The notes beneath the pieces are model-generated. The model was not told where the DNA came from. It saw nothing but the letters and a program-made list of their open reading frames with translations, and searched no databases. From assembly GCA_029936935.1 (NCBI GenBank), contig JAPYRQ010000001.1, positions 22,970-86,329 on the forward strand: a stretch of DNA of 63,360 nt. The letters run 5' to 3'. Position numbers and translations under genes: made by a program. Shown one piece after another: positions 37,909 to 46,960 of this stretch (positions are counted from its first letter, which is position 1; the number at the start of each line of letters is the position of its first letter). This DNA is from Dehalococcoidia bacterium. Its GTDB lineage: Bacteria > Chloroflexota > Dehalococcoidia > Lucifugimonadales > UBA1127.

Positions 37909-38781
37909 TTAGTGACCGGGTGCGGAGATGATGGATGCTTCCTGGCTATCTCGTCGACGCTGCACAATGCCGTCAGCGATTTCCGTTATGACGTATTCAA
38001 TCAACCGCCACAGGTGGGTACCCTTCTGGTAGTTGGCCTCTGCAATCTCCTCCACACGCTTGGCCTTCCGGAGCTGCATGCACTTGGCAAACGAGTTAGT
38101 GTCCGATGGGTCATAGACCGCCAGGGTGTGCCCCTCCTGCTGGCTCATGACGGCAAAACAGGGAACATCCGTTGGACCGTCACCTATATAGAGCATGTTC
38201 TGAAAGGGAATCCGGTGATCCTCCCGCGAAACGTGATCGTTCACGTCCGTCTGCAGGTCCAGGTAACCCTTGTTGATACGGAAGAGGTACTGGGTCTTCT
38301 GCGTGTGGCTGATGGCACGTTTGGGGAAGCCAAGCTTGCCTTGGGCGTCCTCAGCAATCTCAGACCCGAATATCGATTTAACGTAGCGTCTCAGGTTACT
38401 TCCCTCGACGATCTCACGGAGCCCTGACGTGATGATGTAGTGCTCAACGGTAACGCCGTACTCTTTGTAGGCAGGCTTGTCCAAAACCGCTTCCAGTTGC
38501 TGGAAAATCTCCGGTACACCCGGGTAGTACTTGAGGGACAGGCCCATGTTGCGGAGGTCCTGGTTGGAGAGTTTTCTGAAAGCCTCCACCTCCAGAAGCT
38601 GTTGCATCCATGCAAGTTCAGCTTCATAGGAGTCCTCAGCCACTTTGCGGTCTGTCTCCGCCCAGAACTGAGCAGGTTCAATCCCCAAATAGGGCAGGAC
38701 CGTGTCTTCCTGCATGGAATTGGGGCTCAGCGTCTTATCGAAGTCATAGACCAGCCCGATGATGTTCTGAGTCTGCGGCAT
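37909..38781 (-). CDS. HAD-superfamily hydrolase-like protein
   Basis: HAD motif I is VYDFDKTL (DxDxT) and motif IV is YIGDGPTDVP. Confidence 0.7.
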   Translation of the reverse strand: MPQTQNIIGLVYDFDKTLSPNSMQEDTVLPYLGIEPAQFWAETDRKVAEDSYEAELAWMQQLLEVEAFRKLSNQDLRNMGLSLKYYPGVPEIFQQLEAVLDKPAYKEYGVTVEHYIITSGLREIVEGSNLRRYVKSIFGSEIAEDAQGKLGFPKRAISHTQKTQYLFRINKGYLDLQTDVNDHVSREDHRIPFQNMLYIGDGPTDVPCFAVMSQQEGHTLAVYDPSDTNSFAKCMQLRKAKRVEEIAEANYQKGTHLWRLIEYVITEIADGIVQRRRDSQEASIISAPGH

Positions 38782-39198
38782 GTTTCACCGTTGTTTTTCA
38801 ATTCACTTGGTTGCGTAGCGTTAAAAATTATCGTTTCTACAACGCGATTATCGTCGACACCGTCCGACTCTACAAGCAGCGGTGGCAGCAGTTTAGTGAT
38901 TCCTGGATTTCGCGCTTCTTGACGCCGTCTCGATTTTCCACTGTTTGGAAGTGTTTATGGGTTTTTAATGCCATCCATCTCTCTTTTTATGAAGCGTTTA
39001 GCACCTAGGACGTAGTCTGGCATTTATAGCGATTGGGTGCCGGCATGTACCAATGTCTACATGAACCCCCCAATCGCAAAGTAGGTTCGACATCCTCCGT
39101 CTTCCGAAGCCAAAGAAAGGTATCCCGGTGGCACATGGAGGCATTGCAATCGTCTCCGGGTTTCTGTCCCAAAAGAGTTAAACGCCAGAGAGGTAGAA

Positions 39199-39459
39199 AT
39201 GCAACGAATTTCATTGGCAAACATGACAAAGAATCAAAAAGGTATAACTGGTCTTGAAACGGCAATCGTACTGATCGCCTTCGTGGTGGTTGGTGCGGTC
39301 TTCGTGTTCACGGTCATCACCACGGGGTTGTTCAGTCCTGAAAAGGTTTCAGAGGCGACAACCGCTAGTCTGGGCGAGGTTGAACCCTCCAATGTTGAAA
39401 TGATTCCATCGGCAGGCGCGCCTTTCACCCTCACTCGAACCAGCCCATCACGGACTTAA
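39199..39459 (+). CDS. Archaellin/archaeal type IV pilin-like protein with class III signal peptide; apparently truncated (86 aa)
   Basis: NQKG|ITGLETAIVLIAFVVVGAVFVFTVITTGLF matches the archaeal prepilin/archaellin N-terminus ([KR]G cleavage site plus a hydrophobic helix). The usual beta-rich globular domain is absent. The region is low in GC. Confidence 0.5.
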   Translation: MQRISLANMTKNQKGITGLETAIVLIAFVVVGAVFVFTVITTGLFSPEKVSEATTASLGEVEPSNVEMIPSAGAPFTLTRTSPSRT

Positions 39460-39650
39460 GGTAGACCGAGACCCATTAACCAGGATCCCCTTTAGCTCCA
39501 GCCCCACTCTCTACAGGGGACTGGAGTATCAACAACTCGGGGACGATGCGCAACTTCGCAGGAGCCCATGATGCTTCATCTTGGTGCAGCACGGCATCGT
39601 AGATATCCATGAATTGGTGCGAGGACTTAAGGGGTTCGTAGAGGAGATAG

Positions 39651-40229
39651 GTGCGAGCTAAGTCAAAGACCCTGAAAACCAAACAGTTGAAACTCAAAAC
39701 ACAGCGGTTGGTGTTGAGACCGTTCCAGGCAGGCGATGTGGATGATGTATACGCTTACGCATTTCATCCGGAATGGGGTCAATACATTCTGGCATCAACC
39801 AAGCGGTATACCCATGACGATGCCGGGCGGTTCGTCTCTCACGCCATTCTACAAGATAGGATGCAATACCCTATCTTCGCGATTGTGATTGATGGTCACG
39901 TTGTAGGCAGTGTGGGTCTGCACGTCAACGCTACTCATGGCATAGCAGATCTTAGATTTGCTCTAGGTAAGAGCTACTGGGGCCAGGGGCTTATCACTGA
40001 AGCAACGACGGCGCTTGTAGACTGGGGGTTTAATACCCTTGCCATAGAGAAGATAACCGCAGCGACTGATGCCAGGAATGTCAGTGGAATTCGCATCATG
40101 GAAAAGCTAGGGATGACGCAAGAGGTTCTGTGGCTCCGCAACAGAATCAACCAGGGAAACCGTGTCGACGAAGTCCATTACGGCATCCTTCGCAGTGAGT
40201 GGGAGTCCACCACGGAAGCTCTCACGTGA
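39651..40229 (+). CDS. GNAT N-acetyltransferase (RimJ/RimL-like)
   Basis: The TQRLVLRPF N-terminal pattern and the acetyl-CoA motif YWGQGLITEA are present. GTG start with gaggag RBS. Confidence 0.75.
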   Translation: MRAKSKTLKTKQLKLKTQRLVLRPFQAGDVDDVYAYAFHPEWGQYILASTKRYTHDDAGRFVSHAILQDRMQYPIFAIVIDGHVVGSVGLHVNATHGIADLRFALGKSYWGQGLITEATTALVDWGFNTLAIEKITAATDARNVSGIRIMEKLGMTQEVLWLRNRINQGNRVDEVHYGILRSEWESTTEALT

Positions 40230-40268
40230 CATTGCCCGGTCATGCTGCACTAAAGGCCTAACGACAAG

Positions 40269-41477
40269 TTAGTCCTCTGTTGCAGCCCAGGACCGAGGAC
40301 CGATGGTCTTCTGGTAGCTGTTGAAGTTGCGCCTGGTCTCCTCTATGTTGTCGCCGCCGAACTTCTCCAGGAAGGCGTCTGCCAGCACGAATGCCACAGC
40401 GGCCTCGCCAATAACCCCGGCGGGCGGCACGTTACAGACGTCAGAACGCTCAAAATGCGCCTGCACGGCCTGCCCCGTTACCAGGTCTACCGATGTCAGC
40501 GGCTTCGCCAGCGTGGCGATGGGCTTGATGGCGAAGCGAGCGATTAGCGGCATTCCGGTGCTCATTCCACCCTCGATACCGCCTGTCCTGTTGGTAGCTC
40601 GGTGCCACGGGCCGCTTGCTGTGGGGTACGGTCCGGCAGGCGCTTTGCCATCCTCGGCAATGGGTTCAAGGGTGTCATGGTACTGGGAGCCGGGGAGATC
40701 CGCTGCTTCCCAACCCTCGCCAATCGCAACGGATTTGCACGCCTGTATGGACATCAGTGCCAGTGCAATGCGGGCGTCCAGTTTGCGCTCGTAATGGACG
40801 TGGGAGCCCAGGCCGATGGGAACGCCTGTGGCTACCACTTCCACAGCGCCGCCGATGGTATCGCCGTCTTCTTTCGCCTGATCGATGACCTTAATCATCT
40901 CAGCTTCGGCCAAAGGGTCGATGCAGTGGACTTCGGATGCGTTGGCCTTCTCCCAGTTGACAGGGTGCTCGTACTTGGACCGTACGCCGCCGATGTTGAT
41001 GACGTGAGAGTGCACTTCTATGCCGAACTCCTGCAGGAATCGCTTGGCCACGGCCCCCGCAGCTACGCGAGCGGCGGTCTCCCGGGCTGACGAGCGCTCC
41101 AGAATGTTACGGACATCGCTGATGCCGTACTTGATGGTGCCGGGCATGTCGGCGTGGCCTGCGCGCAACCGAGTGACCGTGTTGCCCGGGTCTTCAACGG
41201 GCTCCGTGGCCATCACCTTGCCCCAGTTCACATAGTCCTTGTTGGGGATAAACATTGCTATGGGCGAACCCATGGTGAGGCCGTGTCGCACACCGGAGAG
41301 CAACTCCGCGCGATCCTTCTCGATGAGCTGCCGACCGCCTCGACCGTACCCTCGTTGTCGACGGGCCAGGTCTTCTTGGATGTAGTCCTCGCTCAGCGGA
41401 AACCCGGTGGGGAACCCCTCCACGATGATGGTGAGGCCCTTGCCGTGCGACTCCCCTGCGGTGATGTATTTAATCAA
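40269..41477 (-). CDS. aroC: Chorismate synthase
   Basis: The signatures MIKYITAGESHGKGL, RRQRGYGRGGRQ and SARETAARVAAGA are present. Confidence 0.92.
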   Translation of the reverse strand: MIKYITAGESHGKGLTIIVEGFPTGFPLSEDYIQEDLARRQRGYGRGGRQLIEKDRAELLSGVRHGLTMGSPIAMFIPNKDYVNWGKVMATEPVEDPGNTVTRLRAGHADMPGTIKYGISDVRNILERSSARETAARVAAGAVAKRFLQEFGIEVHSHVINIGGVRSKYEHPVNWEKANASEVHCIDPLAEAEMIKVIDQAKEDGDTIGGAVEVVATGVPIGLGSHVHYERKLDARIALALMSIQACKSVAIGEGWEAADLPGSQYHDTLEPIAEDGKAPAGPYPTASGPWHRATNRTGGIEGGMSTGMPLIARFAIKPIATLAKPLTSVDLVTGQAVQAHFERSDVCNVPPAGVIGEAAVAFVLADAFLEKFGGDNIEETRRNFNSYQKTIGPRSWAATED

Positions 41478-41535
41478 TGGATGCTCCTACAAATGCTGCG
41501 CTTATTATAGAGCAGTCACCCAGGCTCTACCAACT

Positions 41536-42735
41536 TCATACAAAGTTCCGCGCTGCTTCGATGCCCTCCGCTCCAAGGGCGGCCAACACCACAACGATCC
41601 ACGGCGGCAGCTTCCAGAACGCCAGCAGCCCAAACGCTCCCAAACCTAATGCGAAGTCGGACGGCTGATGAATCGCGCTGGTCCAGACGGGGTCGTATAG
41701 CGCTGTCAGCAGTAGGCCCACGACGGTGGCGTTCACTCCGATTAACACGCACCTAAACCCGGTCATGGAGCGTAGCGCATCCCAGAAAGGCAATACGCCC
41801 ACTACCAGCAGGAACGATGGCAGATAAATGGCACCTAGGGCAAAGAGGCCTCCAAGCCAGGGTGAATTGAAGGTCTCGGCAGTCCCACCAAGGTACGCCG
41901 CAAAGGTGAACAGGGGTCCGGGCACCGCCTGAGCGGCTCCGTACCCGGCTATGAACTCGTCCCGGGAGACCAAGCCGGTGGGAACGGTCTCTGCTTGCAA
42001 GAGGGGTAGCACCACGTGCCCGCCACCGAAGACCAGCGACCCGGAACGGTAGAAGCTATCGAAGACCTGTAGAGGCCCGGAATCGAATACGCGCTCCATG
42101 ATCGGCAGCCCAACCAACAGCACCGCAAACACCGCCAGCGATGCTATGGCGAGTCGTCGTCCGATGGAGGATTCGGTGCGTTCTACGTTCTGATCACCCA
42201 TGCCTCGTTGGAAGAAGAGCCAACCAAGGAGCCCGCCTCCAACGATGGCAGCGACCTGGCCTCCCACACCGCCAACAGTCGTCACGAAGATGGCGGCCAC
42301 GATCGCAAGAGTGATTCGGTTCCTATCTGGCGTCAGCGTTCGGGCCATCCCCCAAACCGCCAGCGCAACCACCGAGACTGCTACGACTTTCAGGCCGTCC
42401 AACCATGCGGCGTCGGACACATCGCCAGCTTGGGCAACGCCGTAAGTAAAGAGGATGAGGACAACAGCGGAAGGAAGGGTGAACCCCACCCAGGCCAGTA
42501 TCCCGCCCAGAAGGCCTGCTCGCTTGATGCCAACGCCGATGCCCACCTGGCTGCTTGCCGGCCCTGGCAGGAGCTGACACAGAGCTACCAGGTCAGCATA
42601 GGTCTGCTCTGTGAGCCACTTGCGGCGTTCAACGTACTCGGCACGAAAGTATCCGAGATGGGCCACGGGGCCGCCAAAGGAGGTTAATCCTAGTCTGGTG
42701 GCTACGAAGAGAACTTCCCACAGTCGACCTAACAC
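41536..42735 (-). CDS. chrA: Chromate ion transporter (CHR family, duplicated domain)
   Basis: The LGLTSFGGPVAHLGYFR motif is present, with its repeat in the second half (GSLVFGGGHVVLPLL). There are ~10 TM helices. Confidence 0.85.
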   Translation of the reverse strand: MLGRLWEVLFVATRLGLTSFGGPVAHLGYFRAEYVERRKWLTEQTYADLVALCQLLPGPASSQVGIGVGIKRAGLLGGILAWVGFTLPSAVVLILFTYGVAQAGDVSDAAWLDGLKVVAVSVVALAVWGMARTLTPDRNRITLAIVAAIFVTTVGGVGGQVAAIVGGGLLGWLFFQRGMGDQNVERTESSIGRRLAIASLAVFAVLLVGLPIMERVFDSGPLQVFDSFYRSGSLVFGGGHVVLPLLQAETVPTGLVSRDEFIAGYGAAQAVPGPLFTFAAYLGGTAETFNSPWLGGLFALGAIYLPSFLLVVGVLPFWDALRSMTGFRCVLIGVNATVVGLLLTALYDPVWTSAIHQPSDFALGLGAFGLLAFWKLPPWIVVVLAALGAEGIEAARNFV

Positions 42736-42807
42736 TTTATTTGGTCCATACAGACCTCTTGATGGTGGACATAATTACTTCCAGCCTGGGTCCAGGGCTC
42801 GCCTTGG

Positions 42808-43671
42808 TTAGCCCAGAACGGCTTTCTTAGCTGCTGACATCATGATGTCGAGTGGCGCCGCCTCGCCCGTCCACAACTGGAACCCCTTTGTGCCCTGATA
42901 CACCAGCATGGATAGACCTCCAAGGGTCTTTGCACCAGCAGCCTCGGCCAGCTTCATCAACGGCGTCTCAGCCGGATTGTATACAAGGTCAAACACCAGA
43001 GACGTAGGTGGAATCATTTCCTGCAAAAGAGGGGAGGCCTCCTCGTCCGGGCCGTGCAGCATCCCCAGCGATGTGCAGTTCACGATAAGAGCCTTGGGTT
43101 CTTGTGCTGCGAGGGACGCCGTTAGCGCATCTGGCTCGATGGAAACTGCTTCCACCTTTGCACCGCTGGTGTTCAGTTCGCCCAGCAACGCCTCGGCACG
43201 GGCTACCGTTCGGTTCGCCAGAGTGAGCGACGCTACGCCTTCTAGAAGAAGCACTGTGCAGACTGCCCGGGACACACCGCCCGCGCCCAAAACCAGCACG
43301 TGTTGCCCTTCGGGGATGAAGCCACCGTCCTCCTGGAGCGCTTCAAGGAAGCCGTAGGCGTCCGTGTTGTAGCCGAGCAGTCGCTTGTCCTTGCTGACAA
43401 CCACTGTGTTCACGGCGCCAATGGTCTTCGCGTCATTGTCCACGTAGTCCAGCACCTTCATGATCTCCTGCTTGTGGGGCACGGTGACCCCGAAGCCCAG
43501 CAGGTCAGTACGGTCTTGCTGCGCCATCCACTCGACTACCATGCCCGGTTCGACGGCCCACGCCTCGAACTTGGCATCGATGCCTTTGAAATCGAGTGCA
43601 GCTTGCTGGAACGCTGGTGATGCGGAGTGGCGGATGGGATAGCCGATGATGCCGACGCGCTTGGTTGCCAA
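42808..43671 (-). CDS. aroE: Shikimate dehydrogenase
   Basis: The motifs GYPIRHSASPAFQQAA, VTVPHK and the NADP-binding LVLGAGGVSRA are present. I prefer TTG 43671 (ggagg 7 nt upstream); the ORF-track start is 43728. Confidence 0.85.
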   Translation of the reverse strand: MATKRVGIIGYPIRHSASPAFQQAALDFKGIDAKFEAWAVEPGMVVEWMAQQDRTDLLGFGVTVPHKQEIMKVLDYVDNDAKTIGAVNTVVVSKDKRLLGYNTDAYGFLEALQEDGGFIPEGQHVLVLGAGGVSRAVCTVLLLEGVASLTLANRTVARAEALLGELNTSGAKVEAVSIEPDALTASLAAQEPKALIVNCTSLGMLHGPDEEASPLLQEMIPPTSLVFDLVYNPAETPLMKLAEAAGAKTLGGLSMLVYQGTKGFQLWTGEAAPLDIMMSAAKKAVLG

Positions 43672-43859
43672 GACTGCCTCCGGTTTAAGTAAATGTTTGA
43701 GCCGATCATGGTTCGACAAGCTCACCACGAACGGTAGAGAAGACTCGCGAGCCTCATAGGTTACCGGCAGGGATGTGAGTCAAGGGCAGGCCCTTGGCGT
43801 TAGTATATCAGCGGTTTCCGGTGGTAGCATTGGGGCCAACCAATTCAACCGAGGTGTGT

Positions 43860-44324
43860 ATGGAAATCGAAGCGAAACTTGAAGCAATGGGACTGGTTCT
43901 TCCCCCTAGCGGTGGGCCGGCTGCAGGCAATTACGTCCCCGGGGTTCAGACAGGCAACCTGGTGTTCCTCAGCGGTGTTGGGCCGCGGGTGCCCGACGGC
44001 GAGAAGTGGAAGGGAAAGTTGGGAAGGGAGTACACCACGCAGCAAGGGTACGAGGCCGCCAAAAGCTGCGCGCTGAACCTGCTGGCAAACCTAAAGGGGC
44101 TCATTGGCGACCTGGACAGGGTCACGCACATCGTGAAAGTCCTGGGCATGGTCAACTGCGACCCCGAATGGGTGGAGACGCCGCTGGTCATCAACGGCTG
44201 CTCTGACTTACTGGTGGAACTGTACGGAGACAAGGGCAGGCACGGACGGTCGGCGGTTGGCATGGCAACACTGCCCTTTGCCATTCCGGTGGAGATCGAG
44301 ATGGTCGTAGAAATAGGGTCTTAG
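43860..44324 (+). CDS. RidA/YjgF family protein
   Basis: The family pattern is present (GNLVFLSGV...ARSAVG..LP). I prefer ATG 43860 with gaggtg RBS. Confidence 0.8.
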   Translation: MEIEAKLEAMGLVLPPSGGPAAGNYVPGVQTGNLVFLSGVGPRVPDGEKWKGKLGREYTTQQGYEAAKSCALNLLANLKGLIGDLDRVTHIVKVLGMVNCDPEWVETPLVINGCSDLLVELYGDKGRHGRSAVGMATLPFAIPVEIEMVVEIGS

Positions 44325-44417
44325 ACCCTTTTGCTTACGGGTGTTGCAAAGAATCTCAGGGATTCTTCGTACAGGCCTCGGTCTGTAATCAGACTTGGGA
44401 TGGAGTGGGAGGGAAGT

Positions 44418-45224
44418 ATGGATTTCAAAGATCGGATAGGACATGACGCCGGAGCCAACAAGCTTGAGGACGCTCTGACCTGGGCTGCTGCCAACGGTAT
44501 CCACTACATCGATATCAACACTGACAGAGGTCCGAACCATCTGGACACGTGGACGGACGAGCGGATCAATGCCGTGAAGGCCACGTGCAAGCAACATGAC
44601 ATCCACCTGGGCAATCACACGCTGTCCGGGGTGAACGTGGCGGAGTTCTCGCCATTTCTGTCAGACGCTGTGGATGAGTATCTCAAGGCAAACATAGACC
44701 TGTCGCAGAAGCTGGGGTGCGAGTGGACCATCGTGCACGCGGGGTTTCATTTCACGTCCAACCTGCAGGAGCGCATAGATGCCTCACTGGCGCGGCTGAA
44801 GCGCATCGTTGCGTATGCAGAGTCGGTTTGCGCGATGTTGCTACTGGAGAACCTGAACTTTGAGCCTGACGATGCCGAGGTGCATTACCTGGGCCACACC
44901 GTGGAGGAGTGCAAGCTCTACTTCGACGCAATTCAATCGAAGAACTTCGGCATGGCATTCACCATCAACCACGCGAACCTGGTGCCTGAGGGCATTGACG
45001 GCTTCCTGGACGCTTTCGGTATCGACCGCATCGGCGAGGTGCGCCTGGCGGACAACAACGGCGACAAAGAAGTGCACTTGAACCCGGGTGAGGGGAACAT
45101 CGACTTCCTTGCGGTGTTCAGTCGGTTGGAGGACTTGGGATATCAGGGGCACTATGCGATGGCCTTTGGCTCCCTGGATGATAGGATTAAAGCCCGCGAT
45201 GCTTTTGCGAATTACGCCGGATAG
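44418..45224 (+). CDS. Sugar phosphate isomerase/epimerase (xylose isomerase-like TIM barrel)
   Basis: AP_endonuc_2-type pattern is present (VHAGF, LENLN, HANL, DNNGD). I prefer ATG 44418 with gggaggg RBS. Confidence 0.75.
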   Translation: MDFKDRIGHDAGANKLEDALTWAAANGIHYIDINTDRGPNHLDTWTDERINAVKATCKQHDIHLGNHTLSGVNVAEFSPFLSDAVDEYLKANIDLSQKLGCEWTIVHAGFHFTSNLQERIDASLARLKRIVAYAESVCAMLLLENLNFEPDDAEVHYLGHTVEECKLYFDAIQSKNFGMAFTINHANLVPEGIDGFLDAFGIDRIGEVRLADNNGDKEVHLNPGEGNIDFLAVFSRLEDLGYQGHYAMAFGSLDDRIKARDAFANYAG

Positions 45225-45245
45225 ACCTGCCTAGAGCACAAAAGA

Positions 45246-45287
45246 AGAACCCCGCTTCGAATGTTCGGAGCGGGGTTTCTTTTGTTT
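45246..45287. terminator. Bidirectional rho-independent terminator between convergent genes
   Basis: A 9-bp GC-rich stem (aaccccgct 45248-45256 / agcggggtt 45269-45277) is flanked by an A-run upstream and tcttttgttt downstream. Confidence 0.65.
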
Positions 45288-45303
45288 CACTGAAATTTGC
45301 GGC

Positions 45304-46302
45304 TTATTCGCCGATGAGTTTGCCGACCTTGCTGAACACCTTCAACGGGTTATCGTGGAAGATGGCCTGCTTATCGTCATTGCTAAGTATATCCAAGCCA
45401 TCGATGGTGCGGACCAGGTCATCGCCAGGTCGTCCGGTCTCGGGTCGTACTGCTCGACCGGAGCCAGGAACCTCTGTGCCGAAGCACATCTGGCTGACGC
45501 CGCGCTGCTGGATGGCCAGCTCCAGGAACCGGGGGTCAAGGGCGTTGCTGTCATAGAACAGGTTCTTGGTGAAGTCCTTGTCCGGGCCTGAGTGCTGGTA
45601 GTCGGTTGGGATGAAGCGCTGCAGGGCACCACCGCAGTGGCAGATGCAGACCTTCAGGTCCGGGTAGCGATCGAACGTATCGCCGTACATGTACAGCAAG
45701 CTGGCTATGTACTCTTCAACAACGTTGTTGATCTGATAGTTCGCCGGTACTACCTGGAGCCTGGGGTCTTCAGTTGGAGCGGGGTGGACCAGAATCTGCA
45801 CACCAAGCTCTACGCACTTCTCGTAGAAGGGGAACCAATAGGGTTCGTGGACGCCAGGGGCTGTCCGCTTGCCATCGGGATCAGGGTTCAGGTACGCGCC
45901 AACGAAGCCAAGCTCATTCACGCAGTACTCAAGCTCTGCCAGCATATGAGTGGTGTCTGCGGCGGCGGCATCCTGTGGCAACTGGGCCATTCCGGCAAAG
46001 CGATCAGGGTGCAATCGTACCGACTGGGCGATGTGGTCGTTGGTGGCTCGTGACCAGGAATCCTGCAGGAACATGGGCATCCACGCCCACTGGTCTACCG
46101 GGCGAGGCCCGACCAGCTGGAAATCGATGAGCCTGTCATCCATGTCAGCGATGTGGCGAGCAAATGCCGGCTCTGCCACTTCGTCAGAGATGTTCATCTT
46201 CTGAGGTGTCCTGTTGGACATCAGTCCTGCAGCGAACGCTCGAACCTGGGGTGGTCGGGAAATATGTGCGTGAACGTCAACGACTTTGGTGTTATTCCAC
46301 AT
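45304..46302 (-). CDS. Amidohydrolase_2 family metal-dependent hydrolase/decarboxylase (ACMSD-like)
   Basis: The N-terminal metal site VVDVHAHI is present, followed by HPAP, CHCGG and DSN motifs typical of the family. Confidence 0.8.
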   Translation of the reverse strand: MWNNTKVVDVHAHISRPPQVRAFAAGLMSNRTPQKMNISDEVAEPAFARHIADMDDRLIDFQLVGPRPVDQWAWMPMFLQDSWSRATNDHIAQSVRLHPDRFAGMAQLPQDAAAADTTHMLAELEYCVNELGFVGAYLNPDPDGKRTAPGVHEPYWFPFYEKCVELGVQILVHPAPTEDPRLQVVPANYQINNVVEEYIASLLYMYGDTFDRYPDLKVCICHCGGALQRFIPTDYQHSGPDKDFTKNLFYDSNALDPRFLELAIQQRGVSQMCFGTEVPGSGRAVRPETGRPGDDLVRTIDGLDILSNDDKQAIFHDNPLKVFSKVGKLIGE

Positions 46303-46370
46303 GAGGTCATACTCCTTCTTGCGGTGTTTTGCGCAACGCTATTGGGACGCGATTTTGGATATGGAACAGG

Positions 46371-46562
46371 TTATGTCTTTGTGCCAGCCAACTCACCGCA
46401 GGTGATATAGGCTTCTCCCATGGACTTGAAGCTCTGGGTGGTGCCACCGCAGATGACTTCATATACGGGCTGAGGGCCGCCATCCATCACTTCATACAGC
46501 TCAGCTTTTCCCTTTGGCCCTTCAACGGTGTTGAGCAACGTGCGGGAATTTCCTGTAGTCAT
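46371..46562 (-). CDS. Small hypothetical protein (63 aa)
   Basis: A strong RBS ggggagg lies 6 nt upstream of the ATG. It is co-oriented with the amidohydrolase gene and 68 nt upstream of it. Confidence 0.45.
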   Translation of the reverse strand: MTTGNSRTLLNTVEGPKGKAELYEVMDGGPQPVYEVICGGTTQSFKSMGEAYITCGELAGTKT

Positions 46563-46737
46563 AGTCGCCTCCCCTATCGTTTGGGTCTGTGTCTGGGCTC
46601 TCCTTCAAACATAGGGCACAAGTACCGATAGTTAGAAGAACCGCCTCGGCAAGGCATGATATGCGTGGGCTTAATTCCCTGTCAAGCTGACATAAAACGA
46701 ACGTGGGCCTGGGGGTTCTAGAATCACGTTTATGTGT

Positions 46738-46767
46738 GCGGCATGGAATGTTCTCATTCCATGCCGC
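46738..46767. promoter_or_regulatory. Perfect 12-bp inverted repeat (possible operator or hairpin)
   Basis: gcggcatggaat (46738-46749) and attccatgccgc (46756-46767) are separated by a 6-nt spacer. The repeat ends 19 nt upstream of the -35 candidate. Confidence 0.35.
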
Positions 46768-46785
46768 GATAGTTGTTTCTGCTGA

Positions 46786-46814
46786 TTGACACCCCCATGC
46801 GCGCCTCCTACACT
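46786..46814 (+). promoter_or_regulatory. Sigma-70-like promoter candidate (TTGACA-N17-TACACT) for the tandem Rieske genes
   Basis: TTGACA lies at 46786-46791 and TACACT at 46809-46814. This implies a ~140-nt 5' UTR. Confidence 0.45.
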
Positions 46815-46858
46815 CGCGCTAATAACTCAATATGAATTAATTTCCCAGCCCATCATCC

Positions 46859-46942
46859 GGTTTTAGTCTCAGGGCTTTAGCCCGACGGCTTTAGTCCCGG
46901 AAAATGTGAATGGGGCTTTAGTCCGGCAGCTTCAGTCCCCGC
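46859..46942 (+). repeat. Five copies of a GG(C/T)TTTAG(T/C)CC-like motif with 14-nt periodicity
   Basis: TTTAG occurs at 46862, 46876, 46890 and 46917, and TTCAG at 46931. The spacings are 14, 14, 27 and 14 nt. The array ends just before RBS aaaaggag and the TTG start at 46961. Confidence 0.6.
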
Positions 46943-46960
46943 ATAAAAGGAGCGCAGATC

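Noticed and set aside
39476-39697. 73-aa minus-strand ORF between the archaellin-like ORF and the GNAT gene
   Set aside because: It overlaps the GNAT gene's start and RBS and has no motif or RBS. It is probably spurious, or part of the decayed region.
44322-44420. The RidA TAG stop is followed in frame by the next ORF, so it could be a read-through or pyrrolysine candidate
   Set aside because: RidA ends at its normal length. The downstream gene has a better internal start (ATG 44418 with gggaggg RBS), and nothing suggests Pyl usage.
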